A DNA stretch of 64,000 nt from Chrysomallon squamiferum (GCA_012295275.1 CM022669.1:9300001-9364000); one strand, 5' to 3'; numbered from the stretch's first letter, positions 28,590 to 43,732 are shown. A program made the numbers and translations. The notes: generated by a model not told the origin, from the sequence alone.

Positions 28590-30836
28590 GTATCTATTCT
28601 AAAAATAACCTACAACCTACAAAAACAAGAAACAAAATCTAATTACACACTAATATACATAAATACATAATTACACATATATCAAAAAGAAAAATCTTTC
28701 ACCGTGAGAAAAAGAAAAAAAAAAAAAAAAAAAAAAATGCCTTCCCACTTAACTAAACTGTTTTTTTTTTTTTTTTTTTTTTCTCGACAGCCAACACTTC
28801 AAGTTTGGCGGGTCAAAGTTAATCGTATCTGTGTTAGCCGATATCGGAGAGTCTTAAGAGAACAATGACTGGTTTAACAGTTTGGCCTTTGAGAGAGATG
28901 ACATGATAGCATGCGTCGAATACCTTTTATTACAAACACATTCATCAGCGACACAAGAGTCAGGCGGTGCTGGAAACGCGCCAGAAAGAAGTGTAAGTTT
29001 TAGTAAGTAACACGCAGGTCAGCTGCGAATACAGCTTAATGTGAGAAACTCGTACCTTCCCACGTCCCCGTACGTTCTGTCTGTGAACGTGTTTGTGTGT
29101 GTGCGTACGTGCGTGCATGTTTATTCTGTATGTATTGTGTGTGTGTGTGTGTATATCTATATATATATATATATATAATTACACCAGTCTTTTCTTGTAT
29201 ACATCTACCTGTATTCTGTGTATATGCGTGTGTTTGTTTATGTGTTAATTCTTGCTGTTAAGAGTAATATTGTACTACATATCAGCTGACGAATATAAAA
29301 ATATATTACATACCTTGTCGTCGCTTTGTAACAAAGCTTGTTTCCACTTTTTTTTTTTTTTATGAAATCGATATCTCCTGGTTGTTTTGTTTACTAACCC
29401 CCCCTCCCTCTCTTCCCTCACACCCCAGCCATGACTAAGCTTTGTTAATATTGTTTAGAATGTATTTATTTTTTAGCTGCGTTGTTACGTTTATTATCAG
29501 TTCATTTGGAAAGAGAAACTCTTCTGTTCTTCTGAGAAATAAATGGATAGAAAAAAAATAAATTCTGTGAAAATGATACGAAGAGAAATTTAAAATAAGA
29601 TAAGGAAAAAAAAAGAAAAGGAAAATATTGGTAATTTGTTTGAATGTTAAACTAATGTTTTTTTTTTTCTATATTTCTCTCTCTTCCTCTAATTTTCTTC
29701 TCTCTCTCCATTTCTTTCTTTCTTTCTTTTCATTTTTATTTATTTTATTTTATTTTATTTTTATTTTTTTGTTTGTTTGTTTGTAAAATAAAATTAATGT
29801 TAACGGATTTACTCTTTTATTTTATTTTATTTACTTCTGTTTTATTTTATTGTTTTTTTTTTTTTTTTGAATTTAAACTTTCATTTTCTATTCAGTTTTA
29901 TTTCTGCTTCAAGTCCTCTGTGAACTTGAGCTAATAAATTATTAATAAATTCAGTGATATTCTGTTTTGTCACATTCTCTTTTTAAACACCATCGTGACT
30001 TCAACAACATGAAAAAAAAAAAAAAAAAAAAAAGAAAAAAGGAAAGAAACATGAACAAACCAAAAAAAAAAAAAAAAAAAAATCAAACAAAAAACAAAAA
30101 CAACAACAAACGAATAAATAAAGGATATAAAAAAAAGAAAAAGAAAAAGAAAAAAAACCACCAAACATACATAAAAAATGAGCAACTAAAAATTAATCCC
30201 AAAGCGTTCCTTTTATTATTTTCTTCATTCTTTCGTTGATTCTAAATAAACACAATTCGTCGTTTGTCGATCAATAGAAATGTGTTTACATAGATACTGT
30301 GTGTGTGTCTAGGATGAACTCACTTGGCTACTAAAGGTAATTAACAAGAGAATTTTTTTTTTTTTTTTTTTTTTTTCTTTTTTTTTTTATTTTTTTCTCG
30401 GAACCGTTACAAGCGAGAACATGTTAATTTCAGGTTTTTCTGTTGTTGTTTTTTTTGTGTTTTTTTTTTTGTTTGTTCTGGAATCGTTTTTTTTTTTTGG
30501 TAAAAACATTTTTGTTTTTATTTTCACACGTTTTCCTTAAACAGTCTCCTCCACGATTTAAGTGTTTTCTACCAACAGCTGAGAATTCGCAATTTATTAT
30601 TTAATTTGTTTATTTACTTTTTTTATTTTTTTTATTTGTGTTTTTACTTTATTATTATTAATTTTTATTTTTAATTTTGTTGTTGTTGTTGTTGTTGTTA
30701 TATTAATCTTTGAAATTTATTTATTCACTTTTTGTTTCAAATGATTTTGAATTTAAAATACTACTGCTTGCTACCATTACTGTCAGAGAGGGTAAGAAAA
30801 GAAAAGAGTTACAACATAAACAAAACCTTGAAAAAT

Positions 30837-30938
<102 letters not shown>

Positions 30939-31238
30939 CATTTGTATTCATCTTACAAACATACAGCTCACTTAATGTGGTTACGGCATTACATACCAAT
31001 CTATTTCCTGCATCGATATTTTAACCACAAACTCGAGCGCGCCATTATCCTGCGGTTAAGATAACATGAACGTCATGTAACGATCATGTGTAATGTTTAT
31101 TTCGGCGACGTGTCAATTTCACATGATAAACTATTGAAATAGGATTTGCTTTGCTCACGGCAAATGTAAACAGACAGAAATAGACTATATTACTTTAAAT
31201 ACCCAGCCTACTCTTTTGCGTCCGACCATCCATCCATA

Positions 31239-31323
<85 letters not shown>

Positions 31324-31381
31324 GTCTCCTGTATACACATATCCATTATATCTGTATCTATCTATCTGTCTATCTATCTAA

Positions 31382-31427
<46 letters not shown>

Positions 31428-32361
31428 TACACATATAGTTGGATTGATACAGTAAATGATATTAAGACGTTGATAATAAATAAATAAATTATTTAATAAA
31501 ATAAAAATGGCTGGTCGTATTTTTTTGCTGATCATTTTTATGTAATAATTGTAAAATAAAATTTTAAATAATATAAAGAAACAAAACAACAACAAATGGT
31601 TAAGCCAGCATCTGAAATACAGTTAATCAATAATAAAAAAAAAAGAAAAAGAAAAAAAAAAAAGAAATGAAAAATAAGAAAGAAAGAAAGAAAGAAAAGA
31701 AAACAACATTATTATATTAAAACTTAAATATCGAGAGCGGGGAAAAAAAAAAAAAAAAAAACCCAAAAAATTATAAATTAAAAATGAAAACGAACACGAA
31801 ATAAAATTAAAACGTCACATGAAAGGAACAAAATTTAACGCGAACAGCCCAGTGATGGGGGGGAATGTTGGGGGGGGGAGTGATGGTGGGGCGAGAGATG
31901 ATTTTATTCACAATCATGTTGATTTCTGCCTCGCGGCTCTCATTAAACATGGCGTATCACTTCCCATAATCCTCTGGGGCGGATTTAGACGTGCACGGAG
32001 CGGGCGCCGCCGTCGCGGTGGTGTTTATTTCAGTGCACTTTTACAACAGCAGCGTTCTGTACACTTTGTGTGTGAAAACAGCTGAACAAGGCCATCAATA
32101 TTGCATGAATAATCTCTTCAGAGTCGAGTCCTTCCACCGGCCCCACGTGACCTGAAATGAATAAAGGTATCCCATGACAACGCATGTTTCAGGAAACATG
32201 TTGCGTGCTTATTTCTATATAACGATGTCAAGTATACATACATACACCCACCTCTTTTTAATCAAAATAAAAAACGTTTGAAAATTTCTGTGTTTGTGTT
32301 ATTGATATATATATACATATGCATGAACATTTACATTCATACATAATTATATACACTGAAG

Positions 32362-32416
<55 letters not shown>

Positions 32417-33212
32417 TACATATATATATATACACATATATACATATATATATATATACATATATACATATATATATATACACACACATACAGGCAGATA
32501 CACACTTACTTACATACACATACAATTTCTTTGATGTAGAATGTATTTTAGTGTATTTTAGATAATAAAAATATTAACGAGATAAGCTTAAAGAAACATC
32601 GGCCAAAAATATTAATATAGATATAAATAAATAAACAAAAATAAACTGAAACATTATCTACAGATATTGTCTGGTGTATTTCTTTCGACAATTTATTTAT
32701 TTCGTCTATTTTTACTTTTTTTCTTTTAAAGCAGAAATAAAAAGAAAAAAGAAAAAAAAAGAATTTAAAAAAAACACTGAAACTTTTAAATAAATAGATA
32801 ATGAACTGAATTCAAGTAAAAATGAATTCATTAAAATTAAATAAAAACAAATAAATAAATGTAAACGTGAGGTGTATTTATATCTGTCTACAGAAGACGT
32901 ACATCAATATGACAAGATTATATTTATGCTTGTCACATACAAATTGTGTTTTTTTTTTTCTTCAGATGAATGTACGTAAGAAGAATGCGAGCAGAGAGCA
33001 ATATAAATATTATGTATTCATAGTACATGCAGTGTTACTATGCGGGGATGCTTCAGAGGAAAGGAATGTCTTTGTTGATAATATGTAAATATTCACCGTT
33101 CAGTCAGCGATATTCAAGACATGCTTCTTGTGAAACACGATCTCAACATGTCTGTCTGTCTGGCGGTTCATCCATCCGTACTTGCTTCTGTCCAGAAATG
33201 ACTGTTTTCACA

Positions 33213-33317
<105 letters not shown>

Positions 33318-33611
33318 GGAAGAAAAGGAATAAATGTGTGTGTGTGTGTGTGTGTGTGTGTTTGTGTGTGTGTAAGAAATACTGTAGCTGTTAAAATATA
33401 TATTTCAGAATGGTGATAATGATGATTATTATGGTGATAGCTATAATAAAAACGATGTCGATGATGATAACGTTTATATTTTCTGACTGACAAGCAGTTA
33501 CGTACATTACAATCAACTCGCCTGTAAAAGAACAGTTACCATAAATTATCAACAGCGTGATCTACTGCATCAACGAGATGATTACTTAAACAAATGTCGA
33601 CTAAACCTGTT

Positions 33612-33774
<163 letters not shown>

Positions 33775-33981
33775 GGGGAGCAGTCACAGTAAGGCTGTTA
33801 GACAGTGGTTCTGAAAAATCAATAACAGTAAATTAGTCTAGTGTGGTTAGAATCAGATTATATGTATATATATATACGTACTTAATATTATAAGTGTTTC
33901 CTATTTAGCTAAATATTAACTGTTAAATGTTAACCCTATGTCGGTCAGTGTTTTTATAAATTTTAGTTGTATATCTATCTA

Positions 33982-34022
<41 letters not shown>

Positions 34023-34041
34023 ATATATATATATATATTCC

Positions 34042-34079
<38 letters not shown>

Positions 34080-34593
34080 GATTATTATTATTATTTTAAA
34101 CATTTACGGTATCTGTCAGATCGTTTGGATAATAATTTATGTAATTTTAGATAATTTTAAAATAATTATAATTTTACTTTTTTTTTTGGTTTTGAATGTC
34201 TTGTTTTGTTTTGTTTTGTTTTAAATAAATGATGAGATGAGACTTAAATGAAATGAATGGATATCAGATAACTCGGATAAGCCGAACACTGGAACCACAG
34301 GATGATTTTTCTCATATAAGCAAATGTATGTTAGAACCTGTTTAAACTCATAATTACCATAACGTGCCTCTGTGTATGTACGTGTGTGCGTGTGTGTGTG
34401 TGTGCGTGCGTGCGTGTATGTGTGCTCACTCCTTTTATTTTAATTACCATCATTATATCATCGGTTATTACCTGTTGTTGTAAGCATAAATTCTCCTTTG
34501 AATCAGGATGTACTTTTTTTTCTCGGATACAAAAAATTCAGAAGACACAAAAAAAAAAAAAAAAAACCCTTAAGAATTAGAAATAAACAGGAT

Positions 34594-34624
<31 letters not shown>

Positions 34625-35755
34625 CCCTGATGTATTTTTGTTTTATTTATTGTATAAATTTTGAAAAGCTCAAGCGGATTAGGTAACAGTAGCCTGAGCA
34701 TTGAACCTGAGCCAAACTAGCGAGTGAATAATTTTCTCAGTAAACAAGTCACATTCACCTGCAAACTGTTTTGTAAAAAATAACATAACAAAAAATTAAA
34801 AAAAAAAAAAAAGGAAAAATTAATTAAAATAAATAAGCAAATAAAATATATCAAAATAAAATGAAATAAAACGAAGGAAAGAAAAACAGAAAAGAAAAAG
34901 AAAAGAAAATAGAAAAAGAAAAAAAGAAAAAGAAAAAGAAAAATTCTAGCGTAGTAAATAATAATAATAATTAAAAAGTCACTCCGCCTAACTCAGTGTT
35001 TGCAATTAATACTCAGTTACCAGACACAATTATTCTCTCATACAACAGAAAGGTGCGTTAAAAATAATGACACTGTATAAGTTTACACAGGATAAATAAA
35101 CAAATAAATAATATAAATAATATAATGTAATAAAGAGGACGTATAAGGTAATATTCTGTAGGTAATAAATAAAAATGAATAAAATTAATTGTTGCCAAAC
35201 TGAACCTATAAATAAGTACGCTGACACTCCCAACAAATATATAGTTTTTTAAATTTATTATTATTATTATTATTTATTTATTTATAGTTTCTTCTTCTTC
35301 TTCCTCTTCTTCTTATTATTGTTGTTGTTGTTGTTGTTGATGATGTTCTTGGTGTTTATAAATTAACGCCGAACACCAGTTTTTAGACTGATCTCGCGTG
35401 TTTTTGATGCGCCTCAGAGCTTTCGTTATTACATCAACAGCTGACCGCTGTTAGCTATCAATTAGAAATCATTTCACGTTTGTACAGTGCAGGACTTGCC
35501 AGAGCGACACACATGCTCGGTTTTGACCTTTGGTCAGCTGGCTTTGTGAACAGATTCTAGAAATTACTTCTGTCATTACACTTCCTCCGCGATGACCCCA
35601 GGATATCCTCTCAGTGTTTAATAGGCAAGTCGACGTAAAGCGATTTGTGACAGAAATAAACTGTGGTGGAAATTATTACATTTAGACCGCAGACTTGTCA
35701 GACCTGGCTAGTTTAGAAATCTGGTTATTATAGAGAGGATTTTAAAATAATAATA

Positions 35756-35792
<37 letters not shown>

Positions 35793-36265
35793 GAAGAAGA
35801 AGAAGAAGAAGAAGAAAAAAGAAAGAAATTATTATATAAAATGAAATGAATTTTTTTTCTCATACTAGTTTAACTGTTTGAAAAATAAAGAAAGAAATAA
35901 AATTAAACAAAAGAAATATAGAAAGAAAGAAAGAAAAAAAAAAAAAAAGAAACTGGAAAGAATAAAAATTCCGTTACGATAATTTAGCTTTTTAAAAATA
36001 TTTTTTTTTTTTTTTTTTTTTTTTTATTTTTTTTTTTTTTTTTTTATATATTCTGAAAAGAATTTTAACCAAATCAATGTAAATATTTTAGAAAATTTGT
36101 TTTCTTTCTTTTTTTTTAATTTTTTCTTTAAAAAAAAGAAAGGAAGAAAATACTTCTTTCTCAACAGCCTTTCTCACTCAAAAACATTTCTCATCAACTC
36201 TCAACCTCTCACTCCTAGAACTCCGAGTGATGTAACAAGTCTTTGAAAAACCACTCGAATCCCAG

Positions 36266-36368
<103 letters not shown>

Positions 36369-36599
36369 GGTGCACTGGAACCCAGAAAATCTCATTTAAA
36401 CTCGGTGGTTGAACTGACAGGGTAGAAAATCCGTTCAAACTCAAAGTTAGCTTGCGAACACTCCCTGCCTGCAAGAATTGGCATGAAATGCATCATCTTA
36501 TTTTTATTTTTTTTTTTTCTTTTTTTTTTTCTTCTCAACATAACTTATTTTAAAAATGCTCGAAGTAAACTGGAATTACAACCATGTTGGTAGCTGCCT

Positions 36600-36973
36600 C
36601 ATGCCAACTAATGTCTGATAAATTGTTACTTTTATGAAATCTCCTGAGAAAAAAGAAAGAAAAAAGAAAACATTCTTTCCTAGTCATGGTTTAAAGAGAA
36701 AGAGTGAGTGAGTGAGTGAGAGAGAGGGGGGTGTAATATTAAGTTTCTCTTAGGGAGTATAAATTATTCACTGGCACTGGGTTCACATTTTCAACAAGAT
36801 TCATTTCCAAGAAATCCTTTCCCATAGGAAGTCAAGTGAGCTGCTGCCTGCCACGTTTTAAATTGCTTCAGTTTTAAACCTCACGTTTTAAATTGTTTTA
36901 GAAGAACAAAGATGAACATTTTATTACTTTTATTCTTCTTTGCTGATTATTATTTTTTTTTTTTTTGTATGGT

Positions 36974-37010
<37 letters not shown>

Positions 37011-38583
37011 AAAGTATAACATTATTATTATAAAATTTTTGATTCAGAAAAATAATAAAAATAATTATAAGTAAACTAAAAATTATAAATTTTTTCACAA
37101 TGTATAACAGTATTTGAAATAAAAAGGTAATATAATTTCTTTCTTTTTTTATTGTAAATGTTTTGTTTTTTGTTCTTTTTTAAAACTAATTTTAAAAATA
37201 TAATTAAAAGTTTTAAAATACTACATTAAAAATGCAGATTAAGGATATGTAAAAATTAAAATGAATCAAATATAAAAAGGAAGAGATTATTTCTTGTTTT
37301 ATTTTATTTTATTTTATTTTAGTATATTATTTTATTTTTTTCATCATTACAATTTTTTTTTTTTTAAATATAGGGGTCAAAATGGGGATGAAGGTCACAT
37401 GAAGAAAACAAAAATAAACAACAAAATCAAAATTAAAAATAAATGGGTAATTTATTGCTGATTGTGATACAATGTGAAAGCTGAAATGAACACAGCTTTG
37501 AAAAACAACATACAACAACAGAGCAATACTGTAATTTATAAAAATGCTCCGCTGCATTGTAATCTTGTTATGCTCAGTGACATGACTGTGTGCCAGTCTA
37601 GTCTAAACTGTGCTGCTTTCCTAGGAACTAAGAATTAATACACATAACAATGCAGTATTGATTCCAAGCATGAAAATAAACGTTTTATTATTATTTTTAA
37701 ATCAGTCTATCTATCTATATATATATTTATATATGTATGTAAATTGTAACATTGTTTTTCTTCTGTTTTTGTTTTTGCACCAAATACAGATCATCCTCAC
37801 ACTCTGTATATACATATATATGTATATGTATGTATGTATTTCTGACACTGGTAAAAATTTGTTATGTACAATAAAGAAACACTTTAATGTTTATAATTCA
37901 CTGCTGCCCAAATTTAACATGTTGAGATTATCAGCAGAGAGAAGCTAATCTATTTAATCACAGATAAAGATTATCTTAATGCCCACTGTCTGCTGGCTTT
38001 TCAGTTCTGAATTAAAACCCAAAAAGTGATCTTAAAAACCTTTTTTTCATTTATGATCTCAGCAATAATCAATTTCATATTCATGAAATAAATGAAATTA
38101 TTTTCTGTTAACCACGGTTATTCAGTTTTTGATTTTTTTTTAATAAAAATCCTAAATAATCCATGTCACATTTTGAACTGAATTACTATTATAAAATCTT
38201 ATTTTCTTTCTTTTTTTTTTTTTTTTTCTTTCAAATTGTCATTAATATTTCTTGTTTATTATTTTATTGTTTATCAAAAGTCACACATCAAAATAAATTC
38301 TGCTGCCAAAAAGTAAATAATATTCATACGACAAACAAACAAATGTTATAATTCCTGACTGTTTGTTTATGAAATGCAGAGTTTATAGAAGTCCAGGAAT
38401 TAAAAAGAAAACACACACAAAACTCCACAGGGAAAAAAAAAAAACCACCACACTGTTTGTTTTTGTTCATGGGTTAAAACCAGCCAAGACACTGTAACAG
38501 TTCTGTAGGATAATCCACTAATCCTGCAATCTACCGGGCTAATCTTCTGGGCTAATAATAATCCAGGCTAATCTGTGCATCTC
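36600..38583 (-). other. Putative 3' UTR of the ZNF608-like gene (distal end uncertain)
   Basis: Follows the TAG. AT-rich with several minus-strand AATAAA hexamers, and CpG depletion ends near 36.5 kb. The boundary is an estimate. Confidence 0.4.
38511..38574. promoter_or_regulatory. Cluster of five TAATCY motifs (K50 homeodomain-type) directly after the stop codon
   Basis: TAATCC at 38511, 38519 and 38559; TAATCT at 38540 and 38569. Confidence 0.45.
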
Positions 38584-38648
38584 CTATTTGTTGTAGGTGT
38601 GAGGCAGACTGGAGGAGGCTGAGGCATGTGTAGGAGCAATCAGAGGAG
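38584..38648 (-). CDS. ZNF608: Probable terminal coding exon of the ZNF608/609-like gene: (A)PLIAPTHASASSSLPHTYNK*
   Basis: Strong acceptor ttgtttgtgtttgtttttcAG| at 38650-38649. A phase-1 join with the G at 48930 gives GCT, then 20 sense codons to TAG at 38586-38584. It is a GC-richer island in AT-rich DNA. A short Ala/Ser-rich tail after HTHHHTHV is typical of the family. Confidence 0.75.
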
Positions 38649-39599
38649 CTGAAAAACAAACACAAACAATTTATTAACAATACTTGTTAAGTTATTATGT
38701 GTTTATGTTTCTGTGTGTGTTTTTGTGTTTATTTTATGTATGTACTAATGCATGTGTGTGTATACATACATACATACATACATACATACATACATACATA
38801 CATACATCTATATATGTGTATGTATGTGTGGTTATGTTCGTAATGGAGGTATGTATGTATGTATGTATGTGTGTATGTATGTATGTATGTATGGTTATGT
38901 TCGTAATGGATAAATGTATGTATACAAATTTCTAAAAGAACAATCAACAACCTATACATTTCAGACAACGCACACCAGTCAGAAGCATAACACCCCCCCC
39001 CATCTTATCTAATAAAACATGCACAGAATAATCTAACATCCAGTAACTATCTCCATTAAAAAGACATTTTTACTATCACAGGAAATTAATGATTAGACGA
39101 GCAGAGATATCTGTGTTCTGGAGAACAAGTATTAACAGAGCGAGAGAGAGAAAAAAACAAACAACCCCACTCGCTGGAGGTAAGTAATAAAACAAAACAC
39201 CTGTGTTACTATAAATAGCTCACCCGTAACCCCCGTGTTATACATGTTAAGATAAGAGGTGATATTAAGTATCATGAAAAGAACACTTTACAAAGAACAT
39301 TTACAATGTGAATATCTTGAACGGATAATGGTTAGATAAAAACCTTGGATATATTTCAAACAAAGATATACATAATTAATGTAATTTATATTTGATCAAG
39401 TCAGTAAGTGCATGGAAATTAAATAAATGTCCATAATAATAATAAGAAAAAAAAAAAAAAAAAAAAAAAAACATATGGAACTGATTAAATTTCAAATACA
39501 TGGATATATAGAATATTTAAAAAAAAAAAATCGACTAGATTATTTTTTCTACACTTAATATAGAGCAAAAGTTATGTTTATTAAGTTTTGGAATTTTAT

Positions 39600-40400
39600 A
39601 AATGATCTGATGACTACAGACGCTGTGAATACAGTTACCGAGTTAATTTTTGTTCAGCACAAAGTTGAGAACAAAAGGCAGAGAAAACTAACAACATTTG
39701 TTCCTTAGGAAGTAGTATGAGAAAACAAAAATGGCGGGCAAGATGATAACAATACAAAACTATTTTCTAAACGAATGTTTATGATATTATATTTATTATT
39801 ATCTTCAATTGTTTTTAATTTTTTCTGTGTCTCTAATTATTTTTATTTTGTAGTTTATATTTATTTTACTTTATTTTCTTCTTAATGGATACAACTTGTA
39901 ACATTTAATTACGCATTTATTATCTAAAAAAAAAGTCTATATATTAATTTATTCTGACGTGTATCTTAAATTTTTAGAGTTTAAAATTGAAAAGATGCAG
40001 AGGCTCACGTACTAAAGTATATTAATCCACATATTAAAATATGAAAAAAAAAGAAGTAACGACTGTTTTATAGCACAAATAGAGATATAATTAGTGTCGT
40101 GCTGAAATTAACCCTTTCTGTGATAAGTGTTAACAAATTCCCATTAAAGCAGAAGTACAAATCTGACACGTGAGAGCACAAAGCAGCGAAAGAGTTAATT
40201 ACACGTTTAAGTAGGTCGTTAATCCGCAGACGCACAAACAAAACATCCACACAAAACACCAAACTGGATGGTCGACCGTTAAGAATAATGAAAGAAAAGA
40301 AAAGTCTTTTCCCATCAATTCTGAATGCTGGTGTGGGCAAAAACAATTATTTTCCTGTTAAGTTCTGAAATTTCGCGCAGACGTCAAGTGTTTGGGGAGG

Positions 40401-40434
<34 letters not shown>

Positions 40435-40710
40435 TTCCCGGCAAATTCAACATGGCCGTTCTAAAGTGTAATCATGGAAATTGGTTGAAAAATGAACTGA
40501 GCTTTATCCTTGCCTCTGGCAAATCACTTCAAACACAGATATATCCTTTCTAGAGTCTGCCTTTCTCACAAACAAACCTTGTCCTTCCTGCTGTCAGGCT
40601 GTTTGTATAGATCACAGCAGATGCCCTCGGGCAATGTTTCACGTGAGGCCCATTTGAGGTGCATCAAAGAAAATTCCCTCCGAAAACCCAACATCGTTTA
40701 TCGTTTCAGA
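39600..40710. promoter_or_regulatory. CpG-retaining, promoter-like island inside the last intron
   Basis: AAAATGGCGG (YY1-like) 39728-39737, TTTCGCGC (E2F-like) 40371-40378 followed by GACGTCA, CAACATGGCCG 40448-40458; many CpGs compared with the flanking intron. Confidence 0.35.
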
Positions 40711-41830
40711 TTTAACATACTTTGGACTTTTAGATTTTAAAATTTTTTTTTGGACTTTTCCTTTTTTCTTTTTAATGGTTTTTTTTTTTTTTTTTTTATC
40801 TTTTGGCATAAAAAGGAAAATGTTTATTTAAATGAAAGTCAAGTGTTATAAAAATTTATGAACAATCAGCTTTTCTTTAATTTATGCACATATTTTATTT
40901 ATTTATTTATTTAAAAGAGCTTAAATATTTTAAAATTACTTTTCAATTGATTTTAGAGGTTTTAATTGTACTTTTATCTGAATATTGATTTAAATATGAT
41001 TTTATTTATTCAGTTTAAAACAATGATTTTAATTTAATTTATTATTATATACAATGTTTTTTTTGAATAAAAATAAATAAATTTATTAGTTTTTTATTTT
41101 AAATGTTGCCACAATCTTTTTTTAACTAAATAAATGTTATTTAAAATTTAATTGATAAAATAAAAATGAAATAAATCTGCAATAAAATAATAGATACATA
41201 AATAAATAAATAAACCAATACTACTTATGTATTTCTAAAATAAATATAAAAGTGATATAAAAAATGAAAGAATAACAACAATGATAAAGAAGAATAAAAC
41301 TGAAAAAAAAAAAAATAATAATAATAATAATTATAATAATAATAATAATAATAATAATATTAATAATAATAATCATAATAATAATAACAACAACAATAAT
41401 AATAACAGTAAAAAAGAAAAGAAAATGTACAGAAACTAAAAAAAAAAAAAAAAAAAAAAAATAATAATAATGAAAGAAATAAAGAACAGGTTTAAAAAAT
41501 TAACACATTTTTCTTTTTTTCTTTTTTAAAGAATTTTTCACAGAATATTTTTGTTGGAAACATAAACTGAAGAGACAGGCCTCTCGTTTTATCTCTGACA
41601 TATCTACTAACAGCTGCCTGCATTCTCAGCCAGGTAAAATAAATCGCCAGTAAAACACACATGCATGTTATTTAGATATGGATTTCAGTCGGTCGTATTA
41701 ATCTGGCAGCTGGCTCCAGGCGAAAAAATGAATTCTTTGTTGAGTTTGTTGTCCTGTTCATGTTGCAAGTTCTGTTTTTTTTTTTGTTGTTTTTGTGACA
41801 AATGCATGTTTGGGTTTATGAAATGGAATA

Positions 41831-41868
<38 letters not shown>

Positions 41869-42170
41869 CAGGACATATGGATAGATGGATGGATGGATGG
41901 ATGGATGGATGAATTAATGAAAGAAATAGTTGATGCATAGATGAACACATGATTGAAAGAAAGGTGGATGGATGGATGGATAAATAATAAATAAAAGTAA
42001 AATGAATGAATGATGCGTTGTTAACACGCCAATACAAGCATACAAAAATGTAAAAAAAATAAAATATAATAATAACGTAAATTAATTTTAGATGTCTAAA
42101 TATTTAAAATGAAATGCATAAATTTCTCTAACACACAGTTGTTTGTAAAAAGGCGGTGTGGTATATTAAC

Positions 42171-42250
<80 letters not shown>

Positions 42251-42610
42251 GAGAGAGGAGAAGACAATGCTGAAGTATCAGAGATAATTACTTCTCTCTC
42301 GTGTTTATTACTCATCATTACACAACACTATCAGCCCGACGCAGCAGGAAGCATCAGCTTGTTATTACCTCACTCACAGAAGAGTTCCGCAGACTCACCA
42401 CCACCAGTTGACTTTTTTCCCACAAACAGAAAACGTCTATCATTACAACCCACACCGCAGCATGCAGTTCACAGTGTAAACAACGAATACATTTAGTAGA
42501 GAGAATCTTGTTTTCCAGAGATTTCAAGAGAGAAAAACAAAGAGAGATTAATAGCTTTGTGTGAGATTGTATCTCATCTTGTTTACTGTGTATGTATTTG
42601 TGTGTGTGGA

Positions 42611-42653
<43 letters not shown>

Positions 42654-43163
42654 ATATATGTGTTTTTGTATATTTGTGTGTCTTCTTTGTATGGTATGTG
42701 TGATGTTTATCCATAGGTGAAATAGACCTGTATGCATTGTTAATGTATGTATGTGTCTACAAATATTTTTTTTCAGTAATTTTTATCAACACATATAATT
42801 TATGATATTATTGCATATAAATTGCATTTTTTATTTTTATTTTATTTTATTTTTTTTTTTTTATGGAGGTTTTTTTGTTTAATGTGAGTGAGTACTCACA
42901 AACTCACAGCAGTCTGTTCAAACTGACAAGAAAAATGGCTGCCATCTGATATCCTACTTATCTACATATCAAACAAAATTAGCATCCCCCTTTTTTTTTT
43001 TCTCTTTTTTTTAATGTGTTCTTCAATTTCCATTGCAAATGATACTGATAAGAATCTAGTGAATGGCTGTAAATTGTACAATTACTCAAACTTGAAGATA
43101 AACATTATAAATTGAATTATCTACATTTTACACAGATCCACAATAAAGCAAATAAGAGAATGC

Positions 43164-43229
<66 letters not shown>

Positions 43230-43495
43230 CTAAAAAGGGATGGGGGAGAGAGAAAGAAATATACAATAATGAAAAACAAAAAAAAAAAAACAAAAAAGAA
43301 AGAGAGGAAACATAAAATTAGAAATACAGAAAGAAATTCAGGAAATGAGGAAAAAACATAAACAAAATAAGAAAACTAGAGGAACAGAAAGACAGATATA
43401 CAGTGATATATATATTTATAAAAATAGCGTAAATTTCTCTACATCCACAGAATTGTTCTAAACCTCACTGTGATTCACCAGTAGTGAGTGGCCCC

Positions 43496-43568
43496 TGACG
43501 TCACACAGGAAACCCATCACAAAATTAACACATCAGGTCGTTTTCATAGCAACCAGCTAAATCATTGG
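43496..43568. promoter_or_regulatory. Intronic CRE + RFX X-box + CCAAT module
   Basis: TGACGTCA 43496-43503, GTTTTCATAGCAAC 43540-43553, ATTGG 43564-43568. Confidence 0.4.
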
Positions 43569-43673
43569 TCTGGTGACTTAACACACATTAATTACAATTT
43601 AATATCGCTACAGTTTATTTAGGTTAAAGGTCTGATTTTTTTTTTCTAACCATGATTAGTAAAAGCACTGACA

Positions 43674-43732
<59 letters not shown>

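Noticed and set aside
31819-32085. GC-rich 88-aa ORF (similar cases at 2600-2905, 15217-15558 and 17336-17584)
   Set aside because: No recognisable protein features or consistent exon boundaries; better explained as non-coding regulatory islands.
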